Below, one piece after another: positions 1-13,458 of a stretch of 64,000 nucleotides of DNA (position 1 is its first letter; each line of letters opens with the position of its first letter). The position numbers were made by a program, and so were the translations under genes. This stretch comes from Camelus dromedarius (lineage: Eukaryota): the NCBI RefSeq assembly GCF_036321535.1, contig NC_087436.1:73596001-73660000 (forward strand). Direction: 5' to 3'. Under the pieces are notes generated by a model. The model saw only the letters and a program-made list of their open reading frames with translations. It was not told the origin of the DNA and ran no database searches.

Positions 1-715
1 ATAATTTGCAAAGAGCTACAGACACCAAAAATACAACAATTCAAGGCATGTGGTGGCAGTGCTATTTGCCTTAGTTCATTGGTTTATATAAGTTGTGTAT
101 TTGTCTGCAATGTTTACTTTTCAGAATTTGTTACTTTAAGTACTAACACATTTGATGTAATGTGTGTTGGAATCATTGTTTCTAAATTTGATATTAGAGT
201 TCTTAGCCAATGATTTCCTTCTGAAGAAATGGATATACTTAAAGGCAAGGTAGCATGGTCTGGGGGATATTATGTCATCAGCCCTCCATCCAGCGTGACT
301 CTTGAGATGAGCAGGATAGGACAGTTTAGAGTGAGTGCCTTGACACTTGAGATGGCTGCAACCTGTACCTCAGTGAAGAAGCAGAAGGATGCTGACCCAC
401 AGTGAAGAGGAGGGCGTTCCCGAGAAACTTTTGTAGCAGTGTATTAGCATGTGTTTGGTTTGGTTTGATTTTAAGGTAAACATTGAAACAAATTACAAGT
501 TAACAGCTCATACAAGTCAGATTTAGTATTATTGTTTGATTATTATAAAACATACTACGTTTCTAGTTTTAAAAGACTCAAACTATGGTTTATATAATTT
601 ATTGGCATTTTTGCTGAAATAGATTTAAGTCAGAGAATAGATTTTTAAAAAGCAATGAAGCAATGTGTCAAAATTTAATGTTTTCATAATAAAAAATAGA
701 TATTATGTTCACTTA
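1..715 (+). other. USO1: 3' UTR end of upstream gene, probably USO1 (p115)
   Basis: AT-rich unique sequence ending in AATAAA (688-693) followed by T/GT-rich sequence. The name comes from the conserved USO1(+)...PPEF2(-) order; no coding exon is in the window. Confidence 0.55.
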
Positions 716-2214
716 ATCCCTGGTCATGGATCCCTTTTTTAGATTTTGAGAAAAGTATTTTATTCTTCAAAAAAGATGAGACAGGGAAAGTGGTGAGAGA
801 AGTCCTTCTCTTACTAAAAGAACATTGCTATCACTGGATGCTAACAGCAATCTTATTTAAAAATTTTTTTTAATAATAAAAGCAATCTTATTCAAAACTA
901 ATAACTAGGATTCCATAAGATCGGAGGGGGCTAATTGGAGCAAAAGCAGAAGAGGTTGGAGAAGGGTTCCAGTGTTTCTAAATTGAGTGTTGGAGTTCTT
1001 TCTTCACAGTGGTTTCCATTTAAAGAAGTAGCAAGACAGCACGAGGTGGGGCGTAATGTGCATCATCTGCCTCCCGGCTTCAGGAATAGTTTGAGCAGTC
1101 CACTAAGAAGCACAGACTTTTGAAGGGAGAGGTATCTTCACATGTCTTGAAAGGGGAGATAGCTGTGCGTTAGAGCACCTGTGCTGCAGCGCACCCCTGC
1201 CTCTTCCCACCACTACCACCGCCGCCCTGAGATGGCACCTGCCATCTGAGGACCATGTGATTTTTACTGGACCAGCTCAGACTGAAGTTTTCCTCAAGTT
1301 GACACCGCATGGTGAACAACTGGTTAATGACTTCATCTCAGGCTAATGTTACAAAGAAAAAGAAAAAGGGGTCAGGAGTAAGAATGAGACTTCCAGAAAT
1401 AATGGAATACCAAAGATCTGAGAGAGAAACATCTGCAAAATCAGTGATAGTTTGCCAGAGTTCAGTCACTCAGGCTGGCCTGGAGTAGAGAAGAGAAGAA
1501 GGCCTCTCAGCTGCACAGTCCAGCCTGGAGCCCAACAGACATCTTAACATGGCCATCATTTTTGGGGGGGTTATTTTTTTTGCCTAGATTGCTTCTGGAG
1601 CCTCCCAAACTGGTCTCTCAGCCTCCAGTTGGTCGCTGCTTCTCCCTGCCATCCTCCATACTCCCAACAGTAAGCTTTCTAAGATGCACATGCGAGCCGA
1701 AGAGACTGCCAGTGCCTGCTGTCTGGAGCCCTCAGCCAGCTGAATAAGAGCCTTTGTGCTCTACCGCTCTCTGGTTTAGCTCCCTTCGAGTATATTTTAG
1801 AACCGTACCAAGATATTTGCGATCCTGGCATACAGCCTGCTTTTTTCATTTCTCATTTTGGTTTTGCATGTGCTCTTTCCTCCACCCTTTTGTTGGCCCT
1901 CACGTTAAAGGCTGTTTCCCTGTATGGAGAGCTACAACAGTGGAGAATTCATAAAACACAAAACATACTTGGCCTTAGTTGAAATTTTGTTCAAGTATAG
2001 TTTACACCTCAAGCACGTCTGAAAGAAAAGAATAATCACCCGAAGTTACTACAAAAGGTAAAGTAACAGCTCACATTTTAAAGGGTTCAGTTACTTGGTT
2101 TGAAATTATGCTGTTAGGAAATTCAACCCTTGTTTCAAAGTTGTGTTTGCAGCCAGGTGAGGGCCTCATAATGGTCTTAAGAACCAAAATCTTTACTGTT
2201 AAAGAAAAAATGTA

Positions 2215-2960
2215 TTGATTCATTCAGTGAATATTTACTGAGTGTATACTGTGCTGAGTACTGCTGTAGGCACTTGGGCTAGGAATCAGTCCCCTCCCCA
2301 TATAACTCAAGTTCTGGAGGAGTAACTGACAGTAAACAGGTACATAAGACAGTGTCAGATGCTTTGTAGCTTCTGGAAAGGAGTGCATTTTATTCTGAGT
2401 CCAACTGGAAGCCAAAGGAGTGATTAGATCTGATTTATATTCATAGATTACCTGGTCCACTGTGTTGAGAATTGTCTGTGGGCAGAGCGGTGCTAAGAGA
2501 GAAAGCCGGGGGACTACGTAGGAAGCTATTGCCCTCATCTGAACAAAAGCATATGTAGTTCAGACTACACTGTAGGGATTGAGGTGTCTAAACTGGTAGG
2601 ATCTGGGATATATTTCACAGGTAGATCTGAGAGGACTTGTTGGTGAATTGCCTGTGTCTGGGGTGTAGGGGAGCAAGACAAGTCAAGAGTAACTCCTGGG
2701 GGAAGGTGGGAGGAGCAGGTTTGCAGTGGGCTCTAGAGTTGTGTGTGTTAGGCTTACTAAATCAGACCCAAGTAGATACTGTCATACAAATACATAAATA
2801 TTCAGTAGGCAGTTGGATATAGAAATTTGGAGTCAATTAGGGCTGGAAAAAAATTGTACGGTAATGGAATTTAAGTCCACCCAGCAGGGTAAGTTCTTAC
2901 AGGGAGTGAGTGTAGAGAGAAGGCAGCCAAGAACTGAGCCTTTGGGCAGTTCAGCTGTTA
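2215..2960 (-). mobile_element. L2 fragments
   Basis: cattcagtgaatatttactgagt L2 3' end followed by degenerate L2 body. Confidence 0.6.
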
Positions 2961-4094
2961 GTGGTGGGGAAGGACCCTAAGAAATATTAAATAAGCAATA
3001 AAGTAATCTTAACCCAGAGCAAATTTGAGCCTTGGAATTAAGGGGAAAACTGAGCAAGCTATGACCTTTAAACTGATTTCTGACTGCAATTTTGGAAAAT
3101 GAAAACTTAATTCTTTTCAAACTGCTTTAATGAAATACATTATTCTTCTAATGCAGACTAGTTCTTAATGAACCTGATTAAAGTGGGTTTGTGGGGGTGG
3201 TGGTTGCAGAAATCTGCCCGGCTAACTAAATACAAGATACGTATCTGAAGAAAATGTGTTTACAGGTACATTATATCCTTTAAAAGGTTTTATTTTAATG
3301 CAGGTTATTTTATTAAATTGTCCTTTTTGTGGATTAGTGATTTGTTTCCCTTCCAGAAACCCTAGAGAAGTTACTCTTGTAATTTTTCTACCTCTACAAC
3401 TCAGAAACTTTAGGATTTTCTATAACCTTTCAAAACGAAAATGTTTCCAGAGAGAAAAACATTAAAGTGTGACACATATCTGTCTTAAATGTGGTTTCCC
3501 TTCCTGCAAATTAACTCATTTTGTCTAGACATAGGTTTTTCCATAGTCATGCTACACAATTGCGACTAGTTGTTTCGGTTTGAAAAGGCTTTACATGTTG
3601 ACCTTGCTGCAATTATATATTACTTTTGATTTTGCTCATTACAAAAACATGACACCACTTTGTAATCACAGTTTTCCACCTATGAGAATGTAAACACATG
3701 AATTCTAATAGCTGGTTTGCTAGTCTTTTTTCAGCTCTGGCTTTTAATTCTAGATTTGTTTAAATAAACTTATTATTCTCTGAATCTAGTGGCATATCTA
3801 TAGTGGTAAAGCTCACCATCTTGGGACTCTTCACTTAACAAGTTCTTTCATCTCTCTGTGACATTTCAGGCCCCCAGTACCCTGTGAAGTAGCTTGTTGC
3901 CTATTATCACGAAGAAGGTGAGAAGCAAGTTAGTTGTTGAGGTGCACATGGGATGGACTTTGATTCTTTTTTAACCTTCATGTTCTTGACCCCAAATGAC
4001 GTTGCACAAGTCTGTAAAACAAAAAAAGTAGGCAACTGTTTTGCAGCAAAGATGGTTATTAGCATGTTTAAGAGTAGGATGAGCATATGCATGA

Positions 4095-4430
4095 CCTAGG
4101 TTTCTATTACTGCATTACAAATTACCACAAATTTAGTGGCTTGAATAACACACATTATCTCTAGTCTGGTTCAAGAGTCGGGGCACAGCTTAAATAGATT
4201 CTCTGCTTTTGGTCACAAGGCTGCCATCCAGATGGTAGCCAGGCTCTGTTTTCATCTGCAGGTTCAACTAGGGGAGAATTGGCTTCCAAAGCTCATTCAG
4301 GTTGTTGGTAGAATTCATTTCCTTATAGCTGTAGAACTAAGGGCTTCAGTTTCTTGCTGGCAGTTGGTTGAAGTCTGCCCTCAACAACTAGTGGTCACCC
4401 CGAGTTCCGTGCCTCGTGTGCTCCCTCAAC
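4095..4430 (-). mobile_element. MaLR (MLT1-like) LTR
   Basis: attaccacaaatttagtggctt...ccaaagctcattcaggttgttgg. Confidence 0.7.
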
Positions 4431-4999
4431 AGGAAGTGGAGATCATGGGATGCCGCATACTTTTATCTTCCTGAAACTTAATTCTTAATCTGCCAGAGGT
4501 TTTCAAAATAAGGTGTGTGTTAGGGGGGCCGTGTTGTGTGCAATTGGAAGTGGGTAGTAAATTTAACAACAAAGGGTTTGTGTTAAACCTCACTTTTTCC
4601 AAACTGGGATTCCCTGCAAATGGACAACTAAATAGGTCAGAATAACTGTCACACTGGTCAATAATAAATATAACAGTGTAAAGCCAACCATAATCTAGAG
4701 ATCAGTGTTACAAATTTGTATCTTCAGGCCAGTTCTCTTCTCGAAGCTGCATATCCACTTCATTGTCTACAACTAGTATCGCAAAGGTGCCTCAAAAACA
4801 ACTCATTAAAAGCCAAATCTATACTCCTACGCTTCTAAACCTGGTCCTCTTGTGTGCTTATCTCAGGGGAATTGGCACCATCCTCTGATTGCACAAACAA
4901 GAAATCTCAGACTCATCGACCTCTCAATTTTGGTTTTAATCTGTAAGAAGGTCTCATTTCTGTCCATTTTCTTCCATTTTGGGGGCATACTTTCCCTGG

Positions 5000-5345
5000 T
5001 TCTTCACAGGTGCTTGCTCTGAAGGAGAAGGCCACCTGACAAGGAACTGAGGACAGACTTCAACCAACACCTGGCTAGGAACTAAGGCCTTTGGTCTAGC
5101 AGCCCAGAAAGAACTTAGTCCTGCCCCACAACCACAGAGTGAGCCTAGATGCAGTTCCTGCCCTGCTAACCTGGAGATGACTGCAGCCCTGGCCGACTCC
5201 TGACTGTGCCTTCTGGGAGACCCCCGAAGCAAAAAGCCCAGTAAAGCCATGCCCGGAAGCATGGCCCTCAGACACTACAAGATAAGTGTGTGTTGTTTTA
5301 AGCCACTGAGTTTGGGGATGATTTCTTATGTGGCAATAAATAAGT
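5000..5345 (+). mobile_element. MaLR (MLT1-like) LTR
   Basis: tgttgttttaagccactgagttttgggg 3' end. Confidence 0.7.
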
Positions 5346-8300
5346 CAACCACATGATATGGTACATAGTACCAAGTTCCCTTTCCTTTCTCATGTCTCCT
5401 TTCTAACTTTGGTAGTTTTTACCATTCCAAATTTCTGCCTTATGTTTTGGGATGAAATCTATCTTCCTGCGGCCCTGTTCATTGATCATAGTTTGAGTCT
5501 TTAGGGCCATGCAGTCAAACAGCAAATGTGTATCCCCTGATTCTGCTCTCTAAGCAACCTTCACTGCTCCTTCAGGTGTTCTTTAGTGGTTCCTGGGATA
5601 AACTGTCTATGTATGTGGTGCCCAAATTGAGTGGAAAGAACAATCACCTCCATGTTCTGAGTACTTTCCTTGTCTGACAGTTGCTTACTCCTTGTAAAGC
5701 AAGGCTGCTACAATGCTAAGTAAATGTTGGCCAAGCACAAAAAATCATGTTTTCAATTCAATCTAAGATTTTAGTAGTTTTTTGGGAGACAGTATAACCG
5801 CAGATATAATATAATTGCAGGCTCATTACCTTGCCTGTTTTCCAAAAGTGCTGGTCAAGTTTGGTTAAGCCATTCTATAATGGTGCAGTTGTTTTTTGGT
5901 CTTCTAAGGGCAGGATTTTCTATACTTATTTAAATTTAGACTTGTGAGGTTCCTCAGCATTGCTGCAGGCTTTTGGGATCTATATTATATCTTCATTTTT
6001 ATCGTATGCATTTCATTTTTGCCAACTCTTTGTAAAAGAAAAAAAAAAGGAAGAATTGTTTGGCCCTACTGACCTCACTAGGTTATTGCCCCAATTCAGT
6101 ATGCTCACACATGAGAAAACATCACAAAATTTCAAGTTTATTTTTTATTTAAGAAAAATTATAAACACTACATAGTTTAATATTGCTCATGGATTAAAGC
6201 AGCAGTTAAGATATCTAATAAAAATACACAATAAATATATGATAAAGATAGAATTTTGAAGCTCATTTTAAACTATCATTTACTACATCACGTATCTAAA
6301 TAACTTAAATTGTCTAATCTTTATCATTAGTATTTTTCTTAATAAATAGTTAAAAAGCATCTTGTGTTCAAAAAAATGACAAAGCATATACTTGGGTTGT
6401 TAAGATAATATACTTTGTCTTGAATCATAATCTCTCAAATCCTCCCATATTAGGACAAGTAAGTCAGTTATGAAAAACCTCATAGATATTAGATTCAGAG
6501 AAGTAGCTTCCTTGTTCAGGTTTGGACACGAGCATTTCTTTAGTCTGTTTGGTCATATTTGAAACTTAGTCCAGTATGTTACTATTCAGTGACTGATTTC
6601 TCTTATTGAAGTACTCTTTCTCACAATTTAATAATCTTGAGTCATAGTAACTACTAGTATTCAATGGAAAAAATTATTGAGTTTATGCAATAATATTTAA
6701 GGTAACAAGTTACAAGTAATAGAAAACTCAGAAAGGTAAACACTAGAAGAATTGGAGACAACAGACAGAAAACTCCTTTGGGTTGTTTTGCTCTAATAGG
6801 GAGTAGAGAAATGGGCCATAGCTGGACTAGGATGTGGGGTCCAGCTTGAGAGATTTTCAAGACAGGAAATACTAATGACTGTACGCAGCTGAGAATAATC
6901 AACTAGAGAAGAGGAGGGTTATCCCCCCAGAGTTTTGAGGATTGACTCTATGAATAAGCATGAAAAAGTGCTTTATAGAAAGTGCTGCTCAGATGTGAAG
7001 ACTCAGGAATCTGCAGTGTGGTCTTCCATGGCTCTGCAGTTAGATTCAGCCAGGCTCAGCAGGTTCTGGCAGCAGTAAATATTTTCTTTTGGAAATCTGT
7101 ACAGCTCAGAGCAGCCCCGCCAAGTGCCTCCTTTAGGTGGGGATGGGCCTTCGCTGCTATTTGTAGCTTGTGAATTGTAGACACAAAAGCTGACACTTGG
7201 CCCTGCTTCCAGTGTGACTGAGCACTTTACATATCAAATTCAGGACAAACAAAGCTTTGCACCCTGAGATAAACCAAAAAATTGGAGTCATTCTGACTGG
7301 TTCTGATTTCCAAAATAATAAAGCCTTGACTATTTCCTGTAAACCTGGACTCCCTAGCCAAAATAATTTTATCCATGATTTTTGCTACGCTGATATCTAA
7401 TAAGACACATTATGACCTTTGTGAAACTGAGAGTCATGTGGGAAAGTTACTGTTTTCTCATCATGAGAAGACTGGTGTAACTGTCATAACCTTGGTAATC
7501 TGAGTTTCTTTTCCTTTAAATACTTGTGTGGATTTGTTTTCGTTTTTGTGAAGCCTGTTTTGTAATTTGGGAAGCCTGTTCTGAAGCCTGTTCCCTGTAT
7601 TTTTTGCAAGTAAACTTTATCTTTCCTTTTCTAAATGTTTCTGTCTTGACTGTAGTTGATTGGACTAGGGGCTGCACCCCCTGACCCAAAATGGGCCAAA
7701 CTCTCTGCTCCAGGAATTTGTATTTGTGTTCTTTTTCAGCTTCTTAAACCAGGAAGATATGAACTGGAGGGCCATGGAGTAACCATCTTCACCAGGTATG
7801 GGACAGTAGTGGAGAAAGTTCACTGCAGAGAGGAAAGAAGCAGAGGCAAGGTGGGGTGGGAATGAGACAGTGATTGGAGAACAACCCTACCCCCCAGTAC
7901 CCCAGCAGCATCCATCCTAGCATGCTGTTTTATTCATGTCATAACACTAATCACTGTCTACAGATATTTGTTTGTGTCTCTACACCCCCTAGAATGAATG
8001 TAAGCACTATGAGGGCAGGAAAATTGTCTTGTCCGTCATTGAATCCCAGTGCCTAGATCAGTGCTTGCCATATAGAAGGCACTCCATAAACACTGACTAG
8101 ATAAATGGATTCTATTTATTTGTTCATATTCAAATTAGAAATCTGAGAACTTCTGTCCCATTGCTTCAAAGACATCAATATCTGCTTTGAGTAATTACAA
8201 ATTTAACAGAATTAGGGACGTTGACCAAATAATAATTGCATGCAATCAGTTTTAAAGCCTGAGACTTTAAAAATTATCAAGAGCTTGCATTCCATGGAAT

Positions 8301-10396
8301 GGATTGCATTATAGCATCCCTTCAAGAAAGCAAAGTTCATGGACCACCATGTAAAGTGATCTGGGATGATTGCTCCCAGCTATCCCTGGGGTTATAATGA
8401 CGAGCCCTTGAGAAAAGGAGAGGGAGCAGCCATCTTGCTCCTGTCTTCACTGCAAAACCCAAGGGCACAGATGAACAACTGCTTGGTGTCATGTGTGACT
8501 TATATGGAACATTCATTATCCAAAGGAAGTTTCCTTCAAAATGTCTCTTTCTTCCAAAATGTTCAAAGGAATGCCCTTATAAGTAACTAATTAACATGGG
8601 CATTTTGTGCAATTAATAGTAATGGGCCAAAACTTTTCTTATATTATCCACCAAGTGCTTATTGATGATAAATATGTTGTGACTGCAACAAGGATTTTTC
8701 TCTGGTTAGGTATTTAATCTATGTTAATACAGAAATAAACAACTTCCCATGGGTATGTATGGTTCATTTTTGTTTGCTGTCCACTAACTGTAACTTCCTG
8801 AGTCCCAAATTTCTCTTTGGGCTAAAATACCACTTAATAAACTTAAGCACTCAACTTTTAAAACAAAAATATTTATTATGTCCATTTGTTCTCAGAGTTT
8901 CCTTCTTTTTGAGTTTTAAAGTTTTCTCTCCTGTGTGTGTGTTTGTGTGCAAGTATTTGGGAGAGAATAATTTTTTTTTTTTTTTAGAGAACTCTTTTTC
9001 AAATGATCTGGCAGGAATGTTGACAATGTTTTATAAGCCCTTCTGACCCATATTTAGCTTTACAGAGGATCTATTGATAATGATGACTCCTTAAGGCGCA
9101 GAGCGTGGAACAGCACAGCTTGCTCCTGTCTTCACCGCAAAAGCCAGGATCTCTGGTTTAACTGCTCCACCATGTTTATGTTCATTTGGGTAAAGAAACA
9201 TTTACTTGAAGTCCTCTTTTATGAATACGCTAATGAGCTGTGCTCGCCATAATGTTCATTCTTTCTGACTTTTATTTGCTTTATGTTAATATGATGATGC
9301 TTATACTCCTATGATAATTGTATAACTTTTTTTCTTTTTCTTCTTTTCTTTTAGAAAGGAGTTTACTTTTGTTCAGATTGATTTGAAAGCATTCTCAGAG
9401 GTGATTTGTGGAGTCTTGGATGAAAATGGACCCATTTTTGGTCACAGATTTTTGAAAGTTTTACTACCATTTATTACCTAACAGATCCTCATACAACTAA
9501 TCTGATTCATTATCATTCTTTGAACTTAAAAAAAAAAAAACCTTGGAAGTTTTGGGCTTTGGTCTCTACTTTCTATCTTTTCTACCTTGTATAACTGAAA
9601 TTGTCCAAATTGATTAAATTGGAATACATTCAAACTATGAGAGAATTGTGAGTCTACATGAATAAAAAATTGTATTCATTGTTAAAAGGCTGTTAGAATA
9701 GAGAATGACCTTGGGGGACTGTTGTGTTTTAAATATCTGTACATTGAACTCTATTACAGAATTACAGATGGGGAAGTTTTATCTATTCAGCATTCATTAC
9801 TGCATTAGCCTCACTGATTATCTATTGACAATGTATAAATGATGTAAGTTTTTTAAAGCCTTGAAATATAAATGTTTCCTGTTGGGCACATGCACAGAAG
9901 CTGAGCTTACTGTTAATGGCCTGCTTATCCAATTGATAAAATAACCATTAGGATCTTTTTCAAGCCCTTGGGTATTAGATGAAAATTTTGCAATTAGTGC
10001 AGCAGGAGCTTTTGGTCTTGAAATCCCTGCAGTCATAAGTTTGACTTTAAGCAGCTGATAACTGTGCAGTGATAGGTTAGACGATTTCTGTGTGTTTCTT
10101 ATAAACACGTTAAATTTTTGTGGTTTTTATTTTTTTAACAGATTTTCATTTAAAGGTCTTTTTGATGACTTGCCTTAGCCAGAATTGGCTAGCAGGTGTC
10201 ACTTTGTATGACAACTTGTATACGGGGTCGAGATTGTGAGACCATATTTTGCCCAATGGGAAAAGGTATCCTGCTTGATTAGTGATGTCAGTCATGGAAA
10301 GAAAATGGATGTTAGTGACGGGATATGCATTTGTCATCATCAAGTAAGCACAGTTTAGCCTTTAGACCACCTTTGAAAGCCACTGAGTTACGTTGC

Positions 10397-11027
10397 TGTG
10401 TGGAGGAGGAAAACTTTTCCTGTACCCTCTTAGGTTTAGTGAATGGAGTCTGCAAATTTAACCGACAAAAGACAAACAGGAGAAAAAGAATACAAATTTA
10501 TTAATTTTTTTTATGTGCACAGGAGTTCACAGAAAAGTTAAAGAAGTGACTGGAGTGGGGGTGTAGCTCAGGGGTAGAGCACATGCTTAGCATGTACGAG
10601 GTCCTGGGTTTAATCCCCAGTACCTCCATTAGAAAAAAAAAAAAAAAAAAGTGGCTTGACATGGAGGCTCATATTCCGTTTTAACAAACGAAAGGGAATT
10701 TGAGATTCAAAGAATGATAAACTGTGGCAAAGTGACTAGAAAATTTATGAGAGAACTAGTGGAAGATAAGGGTTATTTTAGTAAAGTCCGTTTATGCAAA
10801 CTCATCTCAGCGTTGACTCCCAGTCTTTGGTGATAAGAGTGCTCTTCTCCTCTGGGTGCAGTGGTGGGGGGGCACCTTCCTACAGGGAAATTTATAGCCT
10901 GCTTTTAGGCAGATAAGGGGAAGGCAGAGAACTTTCCTGTAGCTGTTGATTCTCAATTGCCTCCAGCTCAAAATAATCCTTGTGTCAAATTGGCATATTG
11001 CAGGGTTGCACATCCTGATCCCTTTCA
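10397..11027 (-). mobile_element. ERV-type solo LTR
   Basis: TG...CA termini and ERV1-like body, interrupted by a SINE. Confidence 0.65.
10555..10650 (+). mobile_element. tRNA-derived SINE (camelid Vic-type) nested in an LTR
   Basis: gtagctcaggggtagagcacatgcttagcatgtacgaggtcctgggtttaatccccagtacctcc plus A tail; A and B boxes. Confidence 0.85.
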
Positions 11028-11417
11028 AATGCTAACCTATTTTTCAGAGTGGAAGATTGCAGTATAAGAAAAAAGTGAAAGCAATTGTTTCCCTAGCTCC
11101 TTAACTTTGATTTTGAAATGTTTTCTCCTCTCAGTCTCCCTCGAAAGTCAGCAAGTCTGTAAAGCAAGTGAATTAACTTGACATTTCTAAATTTTGTTTC
11201 TTACTACAAAAGCTTTTGTGATGTCCGCGACTCTAAAGTACAAAAAAATGTTCCAAATCAGAGAAAGGCCACATTAAATCTCTCAGGTTGTTCTGTTTTT
11301 GCCCAGCTGCATGCTTTCTTCCTTTTCTCCTATTTCTTCATCTCATTCTAGCACATGCTTTGGTGATGACAGCCCCATCTGTTTGAGTATTTCCTTTTAC
11401 TTTCTTTACCTGGATTT

Positions 11418-11884
11418 TGTGAACGAAAAATACTGCAAACCGTATCAGTAAACAAAGAATGCTGAAACTATCAAGTGATCAGCGGCTGCCGCCACCTCCC
11501 AGTGAAGACAAGCCTGCAGCCCAGCCTCTGCAGCCACTCACAATGGTGCACTCCGAGAGGACTCAGAATAATAAAGGACAGGACACTGGCCCTAGATAGC
11601 TAGGTGCTTGTCAAACGAATGAATTCGATGAGCCCAAATGTTTGCCTCCTCCCACACACAGAAAAGCATTAAATTCTTTAATTTGAGATGCCTGGCTTTC
11701 TTTAGGTAACAAGCAATCTTTTATTGTTCCAACTACCTGGTCTTTGTTGTAAAGCTCCTATATATCCTAGCTCCTCCCGTACCCCATTCGGAGCAGTCCC
11801 TCAGCGCGATCTGAGAGGGTGTCATCCCGGCTCAGGTCTTCCCACCAAATAAAACGTAACTCACAACATTTATTTCAGTCAACA
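11418..11884 (+). mobile_element. ERV1-like solo LTR
   Basis: TG...CA termini, TATATA at 11759, AATAAA at 11848, near-TSD attt/attc. Confidence 0.8.
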
Positions 11885-12106
11885 ATTCTTTAACAATACA
11901 CATACTTCCCTACATGCAGTACAATGTAGAAAAATTCCTGTGATACTTTACAATTGTAAGCACCAGGATTTCTATTTCCACTTTCATTTTTCAACATTTC
12001 TTAATGTTTCTGTGTTATTTCTATAAATACAGTAATATAGTCATTCTGGTGCTACAAGATTCCCCTGTGTCTGCTTCTTTTTATCTTCTAATTTAGTTTT
12101 CATGCC

Positions 12107-12459
12107 TAGTGGTGTGCTGGAGTGGGTTATTAATTTTTTAGGGATCTTGTGATCTAGTTTTTAAATATGACCATTATTAAAAATTAAATTATATAAACTT
12201 ACAATTAAATAAATTATACTAAAAACATAGGTAACAAGGACTCTAAACCCAACACTTTCTTATTATTTTACTATATTATTATCTATGCTCTTGAGGATAT
12301 TTATGCCTATTCTGTCTATTTGTGGAGGAAACACTATGCATGGTGTGCTGCTACACATCTCTTTCCAGCTCCGTGTTTAGTGATATTATGGCAAAAACCA
12401 CAAATTGGATTTTTATCCCCCAGAGAGACAGTTGTTAATCATTTGCCAGCACACCACTG
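12107..12459. mobile_element. Non-autonomous hAT-like DNA element
   Basis: 14-bp TIRs tagtggtgtgctgg / ccagcacaccactg. Confidence 0.7.
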
Positions 12460-13458
12460 TTCTAAGCCTATAAGATGCTGTTTGATTTTTGTTAAGTTTT
12501 AATAAACAAATCCTCACTTCTCTTGTGCTTAATATCATTCTTCTTTCTTCCAGTTTCAAGATTTGTGCAAATCTTAAAAGGTTCATTGCAACCAGTTCAT
12601 AGAAAGGTTTCTATCAAGTCGTATGCTTTGTCCTTTCAACCTTGTCTAAACAGGATAGTCTTAACTTCTGTTTAGACAACAGAAGTTGTCTAACAGAAGA
12701 TAACTTCTGTTTCACTGAGTCAGTTAGCTTCCTGCCTTGAGTCAGCTCTAAATTTTTCATTTCATTTGCTGCATACAAGCACCACTAAAATCTTTGAGTG
12801 AATCTCTATCAGTTGTGCCGTAATCAAATTGAGTAGTTGCTGCAGCATTTTAAATTACAGCTGTCTGCATCGTTGGCATAGTTTAGTTTCTAATTTGTGC
12901 TCTTTCTTTATCCTCTCTCCCAATTCACTCTCTGGAGATTCTTTGTCAACGCAGCTATTTCCACTTGAAGGAGACTCTGATTTAACTGTGAAGAAAACTG
13001 ATGGATTTTTTAAAATTTCCTGCTAAACAGTCCTTTTCTGAGGCCATTCCTTTAAGAATTTTCCAGTATAGAATGATTGTTATAATCTGGGCTATCTCCT
13101 TCACTCTGGAAACCACCTGAGTGTTGAAAACCAATGACATCAGGGTTATCTCTAGAGTTTAAAGAGTACTGTAGCAATTAAAAGTGTAAATGACCAACAT
13201 CAGAATCTTTTCAGATTTGGTAGAGACACTTTGAGAACAGGAGATTCCAATCCCTAGGACAGGAAGAAAATGCAAGAATAAAAGGTAAGATAGGACAACA
13301 GTTGGCAAATTCCTCTGGCCCCCCAATTTTGTCTGCAATTGGGTAAAAACAAAAACACTTAAATAGTTCAGAGAAGGTTTAGAAGTTGTGCTGTTTTATT
13401 TTTAGGTAACAATGAGAAATTGCCTCAGAGTTGTAGAGTACATGCCAACATCACTTTG

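Noticed and set aside
8394..8476. SECIS element (ATGA, 11 nt, AAAA ... AGAT)
   Set aside because: The apical region would be ~45 nt, too long for a canonical SECIS, the second copy lacks the AA and GA motifs, and no selenoprotein ORF is evident.
10555..10650. tRNA gene
   Set aside because: tRNA-like head with an A tail, present at least seven times in diverged form: a SINE.
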